A program made the position numbers and the translations under genes. Below, in pieces: positions 42,198 to 55,100 of a stretch of DNA of 64,000 nt. The DNA is from Phoronis australis (taxonomy: Eukaryota > Animalia > Phoronida). The stretch lies in contig NMRA01000014.1 of the NCBI GenBank assembly GCA_002633005.1, forward strand, positions 1,453,550 to 1,517,549, written 5' to 3'. Below the pieces are notes generated by a model that was given only the letters and a program-made list of their open reading frames with translations, made no database searches and had not been told where the DNA came from. Each line of letters opens with the position of its first letter. Position 1 is the stretch's first letter.

Positions 42198-42446
42198 CCC
42201 AGAGGCGGATCTACAGGGGGGTTTCAGGGGCCGGGTTTAAACCCCCCACCCTCGGGACAGGATCAAAAATAAAAACTGGAAAGAAAATCGCCAGAAAAAC
42301 GAAATTAGCTACTAAAAATCCAAAAAAATCTTACACGGGAGGAGGGAAACCCTCTCGCGACCTTTCTTCTCCTCGGCGCTACGCACCTCGGATTCTCTCG
42401 AATCCTAAACCCCCCCCCTTACTGAAATCGTAGATCTGCCACTGGG
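42198..42446. mobile_element. MITE inserted in the 3' part of the Gypsy element (TA flanks)
   Basis: TIR CCCAGAGGCGGATCTAC / GTAGATCTGCCACTGGG with TA on both sides. Confidence 0.75.
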
Positions 42447-45347
42447 TATATTTATCTTCTTCTTTCTTGTTTCACTCCCTATAAGTGGTCACCATGGTTC
42501 TCTCGTACGCGATTCGAGCGAGTGAAAAAGTACACAACGCTGCAAATATTTTTACCGGCTACGAATAGTCGACATTTTAGGTAGATCGGTGGTAGTCGCT
42601 CCACCGATTCCAGTTACAATACAAAGTACTTTTCAGTTTTTGAGTCCTCCTGCTGAGTGGCAATCAAAAAGGCTCCGTGTCGAGTTTCATGGGACACATT
42701 TAACACTACTTTGTTACCAGTGTTGTAGTGGTAAAATTAGAGGTAAGTAGACGCCCAATGCCCACCGTATCACCTTGAGCACTGAATTTTTAAGTGCATT
42801 GATTTCGCACTATAAGGTAATTTAACATGCGAAGGCGCTACCTTTATATGCCAAAAGGTGGTTGGCTGCGCCTACGTGCACCTACGCCCCACTACAGCAC
42901 TGTTCGTTACTCCCAAGGCCCAAGCTTCCTATGTGTGACTGTTCCCGTCCTAATCGATTCACGAACTAATTTCCTTGGTGGCTTAGCCGCGATACTGAAG
43001 AAAAACTATACCCTAATTTCTCTTCAATATAATCAAAGACGGCTACTATTAGTCATGTTAGTCCTTTGCTTCAATTACATATTGTCTCAATTATACTTTG
43101 AAACTCGTGTTGGTTTACATGTACGACTGCAATTATCTCATCCATTACGTCCAGCCATGCCTATAGGACTGCTGGATAGCGACTATCTCACTTCAATCCG
43201 CCTGCACGGCTTGCCATCAAGCCTTTGAGTGTGCCCAGGAATTCTCTGGATATTCTGGGTAAAAAGTGCATGCTTTCTCGTCCACTTGCGTGCAAATCCT
43301 GTTAGCGTAAAATATGCTTTATGTTCGTGTGTCCGTAAAGATGGTTGGTTTAGCAGTTTCCACAGTACAAATTTGAGTGTATGTTTGCTATTCTTCGGCA
43401 TTTTATTTTGAACTCGACGATCCGCAGTACATATACAACATTTATACAGTACAATACACGAGTACGCTAACACGCGCACGTAATATTTTAGACATTCATG
43501 AGTTTTTGTCCGAGTCTGAAGCTAGTAAAAATTTTCAGCACACTGGGATCAGAAATTGTCATTTCAAAAAGGAACGATCGTTTGTACTGGTCCAGCCGGT
43601 ATAAGTTAGGCAGCAATCTCATTCTCAGATGATTGTAGAAGGGACATACATGTAGAGAAATTCATCTTCCACAAAATTATGACCAGAATTCTCGACCACA
43701 GTCTGTTATTTCAACATCGGGGAACCTTGCAAAGGAACTTATGAAGCAATGGGGCAAACTGAGTGAGACATCGGCTTCCAAATTAAATCAAATTAAATAT
43801 TGTTTTCAAGAGAGAGTATGTACAAAATTTTGAGTTGTTTTACAGGTTTGTATTAAATTCTTGTAAAAAGCATTCCTTAATTGTCTGTTCCAAAGGCCTG
43901 TAGAAGTAATTCTTTTCCACCCAAGTCCTTGATCAAGCCACACAAAACCTAAACCATACCTGTTTAAGAGTGCCTTAACAGATGTGGCCCATAGACCTCT
44001 CCGCCTCGTTTAATTTCACAACCATATTATACACCAACTTGTATTACGCGAAGACGGCAATTTTAATAATTTTAACCAATATTTGATTGACTTTTAATAA
44101 AAACAATTTGACAAAAAGTTCCCAAGTTCACTCAAGACGGCACTACTACAGCAGCTTCTGCCAACACCCAGCAGACTTTTACAAAATGCATTGTAAATAT
44201 TCTTTATACGGCGATACCATTTGAATCTCCACACTTTGCGCCATAACTGAGGACCGGAAAAACCATTTTGTCAAAAACTGCTGGTGGAAGATTAATCACA
44301 TTTCACTGAAACGTTTTAATCATTAAAACTGTTTTTCTTTGCTTGGGTAGCCTGTGACTACACTAGTTTGAGGGTACAACATACACGGGGATAATTGTTT
44401 AACGAGGACACTGTACTATTTTCACCATCTAAGCTTCATGTTTTATAATTGCTCAAGGGCTCACCTCGTCAGAAAACGACAATTTTGTCTTTGACAAGTT
44501 TCAACTCATACCTCAGTCACAAAAGAACTTATGTAAAACATTTATGTGGCCTGCAGTTCTATGGGTGTTTCAGCACAGATAATAATTAATTTTATTAGAC
44601 AGAATTTGTGAGAATAATAGGCCTAACTTAGTCTAATTTTCCTTTAGTCAGTTTAACGGTGCGAAAGACAGCTGTAAAATTATATTTCGTAAAATTTTTA
44701 ATAAAATTATATCCTTTACCGAGGATTCTGGTATTGTTGTGTTGCCTCAAGTTAAGGTATGTATATGTGCAGTCTATAGCTTAAAATGGGTAATGCAAAC
44801 AGCAAAAAATAATTTCTTCTCTAACCACTCGCTGTCCTAAGTTGTGAATCTAAATTTTAAAACCACACACTGGAACTGCTGCACCAGCTAGAGAAGGAGG
44901 CCCCCTTAGGCTTTCAAATAGTATTCATACTTCATAAGGGGCTTGTAATACTTTTCTATTATACTTATATATTACACATGTACCTGCATATATTATGTTT
45001 AACTGTTCAAGTTCACCAGAGTGTAAAACAGAAATTGCAATTTTATCAGAGATGTGGTCCAAATTAACACATGTACAGGCAGGACATGGAGTACAAGGTA
45101 TTGCTCCAGATTTGTTATCTAAAAGTATAATTTTGGAAATTGTATACCCAAAAGACCAACCTCTCCAGAGTCATTCTCAAAAAAAGCTTGGATATTCTCA
45201 TAGCTTCAAATTTCTCACTGGAGGTGAATGTTATCTGTGCATGTGCAAACGTCAGTCTCATGGACAATCATTCTTCCATTCTGAGACAACTGTCAAGACG
45301 CCAAACCTCTGACGCAAAAACAAAAAAAAAAATAGGTGTGACCAAAA

Positions 45348-45378
45348 TTTATTACAAGATTAAAAAATCTTGTTTATT
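45348..45378 (-). other. Candidate polyadenylation signals of LUC7
   Basis: AATAAA on minus strand at 45378-45373 and 45353-45348 followed by a U-rich tract, about 0.8 kb past the stop. Confidence 0.5.
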
Positions 45379-46141
45379 TACAAATGTCTATACATTTAAA
45401 ATGACATGACACAGCCTTCAAAAGCAGGTTCAGAAACTATAATCCAAACCGAAATTAACTAGGAAACATTTCAACGCCTAGCCAAAAATGAGCCTAAAAT
45501 CAAATGAAAACACTCAAAATTTGAAAGCTGTTTTGTCAGAGAATGGTACAATGTTAAGACACTAAATATGAAATCAAAATTCCATTAGTGTTTCAAGTAA
45601 CTTACACCCACATTATCTAATAATTGGATGTCAATTAACAATGAATTTTTTTTAATACAAGCTCAGTACCTGTGATTGTATGGCATAGTCCACAACTTTA
45701 ACTATTTTCAAGTGAAAAGACCAACTTACAACAGTCCAAGGTACCTTTGAGACTGGTGACCTTATAACAATCAATGACCTTCAATAATAGTACATGCAAC
45801 AATGATGGCCAACGTTGTGTGGTAATTCTTTAAGTCAGGTAAGTGGTGCTACATCACAACACATACTATCATAGATGCTGTTGAAGGATAGTGAGTTATA
45901 ACAAGACACTAGGCAAACTGCTTGACCATGGCACCAAAGAATTAGTCTATATAACCTGGTGATCTTACAAACCACATATTATGAGTGTAACTGCAGGCAA
46001 ACACACGCACACACGTCCATCTTGTCAGGAGGTACCAACTACCTGTCGCTTGTATAGTCAATAGCAGGATGAAGATATTTACAAGTACAGTCACTATGAG
46101 AAGCAGTTCAACAAGATCATCAACAGCTGTGCATGCCCCAG

Positions 46142-49100
46142 CTACTCTGCTTCCTGTTGGGTACCAGCACCCTCGGGGTTGTTATCTGCACTGTCTGCCT
46201 TTGGCCTATGGGACATAAGACGTATAAACACAATAAGAGAACCAGAGAGGGACAGCTGAGCAGAGACTATCAGTAATCTCACTCATTCATTACAGAAGTC
46301 TTGGAAGACAACTTCATCAAACAAAATTTTATGAAAGCACTTGCACGTACAAAATGTTTTAGTTATCAGTCTGCGATTAAATGATTACTGCTCCTACGTT
46401 GGCTGCTACGACTACAGGAAGTCAGTGTCGTGGACCTCCACCAGGAAATCTTTTACATCTGATCAATTCTTCTTTGGAATAATCAACGCAGTTTTGGATT
46501 TTTACAGTGAAAGCAACAACTTTTAAAGGCATCGCAAGTTTTCAAAAGTTAAGTCTCAGTTAAAAATTCGAACAGCTTGCGAGAAGCATTTCAAGAAAAA
46601 GTAAAAGAAATAAGACGAGGGAAAGATGGAAAGCTGAAAATGCAGATAACAACCAGAGAAACGAACAACAACAAAAAGAGCAGAAATAAGGAAAAACAAG
46701 TCCACAGGTTTGCGGCTACATTTAGCTCAATTTGATCAAGCGTAGGTAATATTTAATCACATGTTTGAAATGCTGTGTGTTCATACCAACACCGCACTAT
46801 AAACATGAGTAACACTTAGACCAAGTTTGAGTAACACAGAATTCGGTACTCATTTTTTTGCTTGAATAATGGTTGCCAGCAACGGTTGTTCAAACATGGT
46901 CACCTGAGTTAAACGGTCAACATGTCTTTTAGATATTTCACAACACAGGTTTTACAATTTACAACCAAGCAACACAGACATCCAAGACTAGTCATATGTT
47001 ATCCAATAACAAACAAACCTTAACCAATTGTGACTGACAGAAGATGCAAAAGGAACAAGTAGTGGTGGAATGTCTCTAAGAACGTTAACGCTAACAGAAA
47101 AATCAGAAAATTCTGACGTTGGCTGCGTTTAAAACAAGAAGACACTATTCATCTTTGGTAGGCTGTACAACTAAAACAAACAATGCTCGTCACGTCAGTT
47201 ATGATGCAACAATACCAGATCAACGCTGGTGTACTCAAATAACAGTACAAAGAATTGAACATCTGGCAAATGTCAGTAATAAATAACCATCTACAAGTAA
47301 CAAATCGTTGACAATAAACAAGGAGAGGAGAGGATGTCAATTGTCAATTACTTTTCATCAGACAGGTCACTGCTTTCTTCAGGAGACTTAGTGCCATCTG
47401 TAGGTGACCGACTGCGCTTGCTGCGTGAACTGCTGCGCTTGCTACGGCGACTGCGGGAACTACTCCGTGAACGTTTACGGCGACGACTTCTGGATGACGA
47501 CCTGAAATAGAAACAAGATGCAAATAGACACTAAACAGAGGAAGAGTAGACAAGGTGTGCACGTACATTGACTAACAGTCACTCTAGACAGCATTCACAT
47601 TCTCCTTTTGCAAAGATTCATCACAAAATGATAACAACTATTCATTGTTGAACCGATTATGCTAGGATGACGTCACACAATTATAGAAACTGCTTGAAGC
47701 CTAACTTCAACGGAATTTTGTTACTTTATATGTATTAGGCTAACCAGGTACTCCTAGCAAAGCCTTAGCAAAATAAGAAAACACAAGTTTAATCACACAA
47801 ATGTAAGCCCGTCAAATGACAGGTGTAGCTGCCTTTTCGCGCCACATTGCGTCACCGCGAGATCCCTGCACATACAAAAAAAGGTCGATAACAGTTGAAT
47901 TGAATAGGGGTCTGAATAGAAAACCAATGCGTGCGGGTGTTATTTGCATCTCTTTGAATCAAAAGGTGATTCTCGCAGTGACGTAGACAAAAGCCCAACA
48001 GTTCGTTACATCTGACAATTAATGGAACTAGATGGCTCAGAGCCATGATCTTAATATACTGTAGGATCCAAATTCACAAGTGTTACCAATCAAGATAGGC
48101 TTTAATTACTATCCGCTAAACAGAGGCTGTACAGTAAACATGAAGGGGGTGTTCTTTCCAGTTAAAATGGTGACGTTCTTAGTACTATAATTGCTAACAA
48201 AGGGACATCGCCACCAACACCACAGATGTGTACTGTACACTTAATACTTTATGAAATGCAGCACTATTAGGCTGCCAATGTAATCATTTACCATAATGCC
48301 ATGTATTAGTGAAAATAAAGACCAGCTTGAGATAAGAAGAGACAACAAGAGCAAAATTGCCACTAGGGGCACTGCAGTAGCCTGACTCGCCCGAAAATCA
48401 AAGTCTGCTGTAAGTTTTCTCTCCAATAAAAAGATATCTGCCAAATTTCAAAATGATCTCTCCAGCAGTTTCATGGGTGGAGGGGAAAACAATAAAAATA
48501 GTCACAAAGGGACACACAACGCACTGAATATGTGTGACATCAGCAAGTTGTCATATCAACTGAAACCTACTTGTCAAATTTCTTAAAAATCTGTCATTCG
48601 ACAAGAAACTAAATACAGAAGCGAATGTAAAAAGTAAATTTGCCACCATGGGGCGCAGCTGTAGTAAGATTAATCTGAAAGCTGGCGTGGTTCGTTAACA
48701 TTTAAATAGGACATCTACCAATTATATGACCAAAGATTGCGCAAGGGGTTTAGCAAATACTATGCAAGGGGTTTAGGAAATACTGTAGAACAATAGTGGC
48801 TATGCGCACCAAATATATAATTAGGTGCATAAATACATAAAGCAAGTACTTTACCTGGATCGTCTTGAAGAATGTTTTGAACGAGACGGTGATCTTGAAC
48901 GTCGAGACCTTCGTCTGGAACCAGACCGAGATCGCCTTCTTTCACGTGATTTTGACCTAATAAGAAAACAAGTGTGACAACAAAACATTACATTCTGTTA
49001 ATTTTATGACTTACAAGAAACGTTACATACTATGAATCCATCTGAAAATTAATTCGTTTCTGCCCTAACATCCACGATAGCAACATGTCTGCAAAATTTC

Positions 49101-52100
49101 GTGGCTGACTCGCAGCAAACAAAAGAAAACTGACGACCTGCTTTAAATGCAGAGCAAAGAAATCGTACAGCCTTACATTTGGTTGTAAGACCATGGCTTC
49201 GTATTGAAGACAGCTGTACTTTCAAATGTTCCCTATAAAGCTACAGTTCAACATACAAACACAGTTCACTCGAATCCCAAGTGACTCATCATTCAAGTAA
49301 CACTACCTTTTAGACTTGCTCCTACTCCTGCGGCGGTCCCTGCTGCGACTCCTTCGCTTGCGGCGCTCCTTGCTACGACTCCGTCGCTCTCTACTACGAC
49401 TACGACGGCGAGGGCTCTTTGACCTCTTTAGTTCCTTAGATTCCTGTTCACTCTTTCGACGGGCTTCCCGATCCTTTTCTCGTTGCTCTATTCTTGCAGT
49501 CACGCTTTTCTTTAATTAAAGATAAATATTAGTGCACCAAACCTGCATTCCCCGTCAGTGGCTCAACCCATTCCTTAAGTCCAGCACCGGTCAACATACT
49601 GACACATCTACCAACTACAAACATTACTTATACTTCAATTTTACAAATCAATCTATCAGTTATAGAGTTGAGTGTCAGGATCTGAAAATCACTATATCTT
49701 TTGACGTGGTGTGTTATTTGGATATTAGGATGCCCACCTTTTTTAGAGAGTCGACAAGAGATTCAGGGTGGTTTACTGACTATTTGCACAGTTCTGTTAA
49801 TAGCCACGTGACAGATACCAGTCACAAGATAGATTTTGACGTTAGAATTTTAGATCGCAATGCTTGTAAATTCCGTCTGTTTGTAAAAGAAGGTTTCAAA
49901 ATTTTAGAACACAAACCCCATCTCAATAGAATGGCATCATCCAGCTATTCACATATCTCTGTAAATTTCCTGCCACACATTTTGCATGCTGTGTGTACTC
50001 ATTTTCTTGATAATACACCTCAGTGGAAGTTGTGAAACATCGAGTACTTGTAATAAAGATAAAATCTTCATTGTCAATTTTCTCCTCATGTTATGGCCAA
50101 AAACGAACATATCACTCCACTTCACACTGGATTTATTTCCCATCATAGTTAACTAAATTCGAAAGTAAAGCTTGAAAATATTAGTCACACTTTCAATTTT
50201 TTAAGGTATCGACTATGGCGCATGATGGTTCATTTCAATACTACACCAGCAATTTTTGTGGTGGTATTCGGCACAGTAACGGCCTTGGGAACTAGTGCCC
50301 AATACTAACTTCTTGCAAACAACTTTTTCTGAAATGCAAATCAAAACCATACATAAACATATGTATCCCAATCACAAGTCAAAGAGATAACATGTGAACA
50401 CCTACTTTGAGCTCATCCAGTTTCTCCCTAATATGGATAAATCCCATATGTAACTTGCCCCCAAAATGGTCGGCCAGCCGCCGGTCATTGTCGTGGATGC
50501 CAAGGTAAGCACAGCATACTTCACACACCCTCAGTTTCTGCTGTTGGTAGCTAGATGCAGGCATCGAGTCCCTGAACAGTTGCTGGAAAAGAATGCATTG
50601 CCACTACTGAAGAATAATTGACAAAAGCCTGTTAACACAAACCTAAAAAACTGATAGACTCTTATGTGGAAATAGGTTTGATTACGGGTCGGTGTAGCAT
50701 GACCACACAAGGACCTTTTAAGACAATATCTAAGCTATACATAGATTAGCAATACATAGACTACCAGAGTGTGAACAGAGCAACGACACAGTCTTCATCT
50801 GAAACACATGCAAGGCTCACCTCAGCTGCAGCCTTCTTCTTCCTCAACTCATCCACCTCAGCCAACAGTTTCAAAGACTCATCTACATTCCCCTGAGCAC
50901 CTGCTTCTTCAGCTTTAGCCAGCTTAACACCAAGTTCCTCTCCTAAATCATGGATTTCTTGAGCCTATATAACAAAAAACAACAACAAACTTTGACGTTT
51001 TTACCCAACACAACAAAATCACACAACAGACAGCAAGCAGTGTCAGAGTCAATCTTAGGACTACAAAAGGAAAATAGCTGTAATTAAACACTTACAAGAG
51101 AAAGTCTAACAGTTATGAATATCTGAGACTAGACTAACAATAAGAATTGCTGACCTTATCATTGGCATCTTCACTCAGCTCCTCTTGTGTTTCCTTAAGT
51201 CGCCTCTTGGCTTGCTCCGTTTTCTGGTTGCAGTCATTGATGAACTCCTGAAGGTGTTCCATTGCCTGCACGGAATGAACAGAGAACGTGGACACACAGC
51301 TACGCCAACCACATACAGAGACAACTAGAAGCTGATTTTGAACAACAACAACACCAAAATAAACAACATCAAATGGTAATGTTTGCATGAACCACTGCAG
51401 ATTACTTACGAAACAACAACTTGGATGTTAAGTGATGATGTATCGGCAACTAATGTGACGTGATTCCGATTCACAAATAGGAATACATATGCACAGTCAT
51501 ATCAAATTTTCAAAAATTTTGCAGGTCTTGGACTTTTTCCAACGTTAAGGTAACCAAGGGGGCAACTTCGGAACTTGAGAAATTCTTACAAAATTTTGTA
51601 TTTGGATTAATTGGCGTTCTCCGACAACGATTACACTCATTGTATGCTTCGGGGAGCTCAGGATTAGGATTGACCGGGTCCATGGCCAGGAAATCATTTC
51701 TGAAGTGCTTAGTAATTTACAGCGCTAAGTAAATCTGGCCCATTATTATTGTTTTTAATTTGACATTTTAGTAATGTCACACGAAACGAATAAATGGGAA
51801 ACAAACTGAACCACAGACAAATATGACTAGCTTGCTTACATCAATGTCATAAAAATAATCTTTCTTTGCAGAAGCATTCTTAAAGTCAGCTCTCAATGCC
51901 AGATCGTGAATCTTGGAGCAGTCGCCAATGTCCATTCGCTGAAACAGAGGATGGTAAGATTTAACTGAACAGTAGCAGTAATACACGCTAGACAACACCA
52001 TGCCTTTACCTTTAGAGTAGCAAACTTAACACATAAAAGTAAACCATACACACAATGAAACTTCACTTAACAAGTACACTTTAGACCAGTTTGGAAGAAA

Positions 52101-55100
52101 GACACCGCCATCATTCTCAACTGCCTGTTTCGAATAATCATTCCTTAAAGCTAAAAATTACCAAAAAGCCCCAAATTTACCCATTTTATGTAAAGCAAGA
52201 ACAAATGATCACAGCCTGTTAACAGTATTTTTACTCAGCCTCCAAGTACAGGTATGACAACGCCCCATGTTACATGTATACTTGTGCTGCAAGAAACTTC
52301 CGATTTTATACAGAATTCTGAAGTTAAATTAGCATCATGTTGCCGTGATAGCTAGCAGCTTAAACAGGACAATTGTTCATGAGTTAATGACAAGCAAGTC
52401 TCTTGTACGACCAGCTTCATGTATTCCTTTGAAAACATACCAATTACTTGACCTTTCTTGTCCTAAGTTAATATTAAGTAAAACCTTATCCACAAGTCTG
52501 TGTAATCAGCCAAATGTAAACAACTTAAGATTTTGTCTTTGATTAATATTTTCTGAAATTAGATAGCGTAACGTCATCAATAGTGTGACCAAACTTCGTT
52601 TGACATAAATGTTCAAGACCAAATCTCAAAAACGCCATTACAGTTCTAAATTGTCATTTCGTATTTGTTTTATGCAACTTTTGAGTTTTGTCATAAAATA
52701 AAAATCTGATTTTTTGATAGCCTCTCATGAAAAATGAAACATTTTACAAAAAAATCCAAAAAGATATCAAATAGACACCAGTGAAAAATCCCTGTGGATC
52801 TGTTACGGGGCTTGGAATGACCAATGACAAAAAAGAGGAAATTTTTCCAGGTAATGAATTGCTCCACAAATAAATGGGCTTGTGTGATAGAAATATTTTT
52901 TGTGTTGTAAGTAAAATTTAATGAACGTGTTTGCATGAATAGTCAAAGTAATGACAAAAAAGAGACGACAATGAGGAAACTGGAAATCACATAAGATGAC
53001 ATCACATAAGAGGAAATCAAAGCCAAAAAAGAGGAAATCCTCTCAAAAAAAAGGAAAATGCCAAGCTCTGGTGTTAATTGGTAGCTAACAGTGAACTTAC
53101 AGTGCTGGCCAGGATGTCGTGAGGACAGCAGTCCAGTAGGAAGCTGCGACACACGCGAGGACTGTCGAAACGCACATCGAACCGGTTATTTTCACCTACA
53201 AAAACAAACAAACTCCATTAATGAAGTCAATGTACAGTCAAGTTGTGTATAAACAGTACCCACATTGAGACTTGTAGAGAGAGTCAATCAGCCACAATGT
53301 TGCAATATTCAATTTCAACTGGTGAAATTTACACCATCGGGTCATAAATGGCATACATCATACTATGACCAAACTACATATTTAGAAACATGTGATTTCC
53401 ATCAATCCAAACCAAAAGATTTCATTATGTAGATTTTGTTACATAACTCCATACCTAATTCCAAAAAATTAATTCTACATAAAAACACTGACGATTAAGA
53501 TTTTTGCAAAATGACTTTTACATCACATTTAAAATCTCTAGACCATTAAAATGTCAAAATCCTTAATTTCCCAAATACCTGAAAAGTCTTAACTGTCAAA
53601 CATGAACACTCGGCCAGTGTCATGGTTGCTGTCTACACTTTGTAATATACAAGAAATGTACCAACAAAACTGCACATAGGCTGCTGAGCCAAGACTATAA
53701 ATAACATTACGACCTTCCATCCTAAAAGCAAATTATAACCAGAGTAAAGTTATCCTGTCCTCACATGACATTTAACATACACACAGTTCCTGGCCTGTTC
53801 TTCAGGAGGCAACACCATGTCAGCTGCAACTGTCAAGGGGTAACTGCAAGAGAATGCCTATGCTCTGTCCCAACACAGTCAAAGTCTCAAAGTCTGTTTT
53901 GGTTTTTGCTTGATGTTTGGAAACATGCTTCGACTGTGAAATTGGCAAAGTTTGTTGGAACTTGTAATGACTGCAAGGATGAGTTAGTTCTTGATTTTTA
54001 ACGTTTTTGGGAAGTGTGGATTTGCAGAAGAATGTGCAATACGTACCCACAGGCGCATTCTTACCACAAAAGAAACCAACTTGTCCTCAGGCAAGCCACA
54101 GAAATCTTTTCTTAAAAAGTAACTGTCACTTTAGTGTCAAGGCAGCGAAATCAATTTCACACACGTACTACGACACACATTCAAGTAATGTTCAGTTTTT
54201 AAAATTATCTTGAAAATTTAAAAATCCAGCAATAGTCTGAGATTGCAATTTCAATGAAGTAAAGATTCAATGCAAAATAAATTGACACCAGTTACTAAGA
54301 CAGGCTGTTAAATAGCTACAATTATGAAATGGATTATTCAACTCACGGCTTGCGTCGTCACCCTGTGTCATAAATCAAGGCTGTAGCACAGCTCATTGTA
54401 AAGAGTTCCCTTAAAAATTAGTACAAAACCAGAGTCAATTAAAGTGGAAGCCACAATGCTCAACACAATGTCTACTACCAATCACACTGAGAAAAACTGG
54501 ACCAAATTCTGATCTACTACTTGACAAGGCCATAGACCTACTAGAAGCACAATGTGGTGGTGATAAATTCAAGGACTGGAGCTGAACCTGAGCAAAAACG
54601 AAATTTACTTACAAACTGTAAACCTGACCACTAGCTTTAACACAGAAACATTCAGTTGAACCACAGTGAAACTGCTGGGATTTTCCTACAATATTCGTTA
54701 GAACCAAGGGCTTGTGGAATGGAAAGTAAGCGAGTGAACTTCATAAACCAGCCACGTAATGCATTTGACTGTAGTAGAAAAATGTCTAATTCTACTCAGA
54801 ACATTGTCCATTTGTTTGAATCGTACATTTTAATTGTAAAATGATGAGAACGTAGTTATTTCCACTTCCTTACTAACTTTCAATGAAAGAAATGTTTATA
54901 AACGACAAATGTCTCAAAAAGCACAACCACCAGCTCTTACATACAACAGCACACTTCTGTTGCCTATTACCATAGTCCAGTCTTTTCATTGCAATCAAAG
55001 ATCATCTGGCCACATTTCTGATGGCATTGAGCGAAACGTTAAAATGAAATGTCACCGACTTTGGCACAAAAAGAATTACTAAAATTGCCCTTTTCAAATG

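Larger units (their letters stand above)
39453..42618 (+). mobile_element. Decayed, internally deleted Gypsy/Ty3 LTR retrotransposon
   Basis: Termini TGTGAC...GTTACA with ATAC on both flanks (39449-39452, 42619-42622); shared LTR segment 39684-39809 vs 42488-42611; gag remnant and protease remnant (VILGLDFM near 41641; LISNYVGVFEGPNGELGLT near 41958); no RT, RNase H or integrase seen. Confidence 0.85.

Noticed and set aside
42640-45300. Short ORFs between the Gypsy relic and LUC7 3' end
   Set aside because: No homology recognised and no coherent exon chain.
48340-48790. Helentron/HINE-like interspersed repeat (similar style at 20640-20945)
   Set aside because: Only a stylistic resemblance; termini could not be defined by eye.
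49532-50035. 167-aa + strand ORF in a LUC7 intron
   Set aside because: Non-ATG start, no motif, no supporting poly(A) or splice signals.
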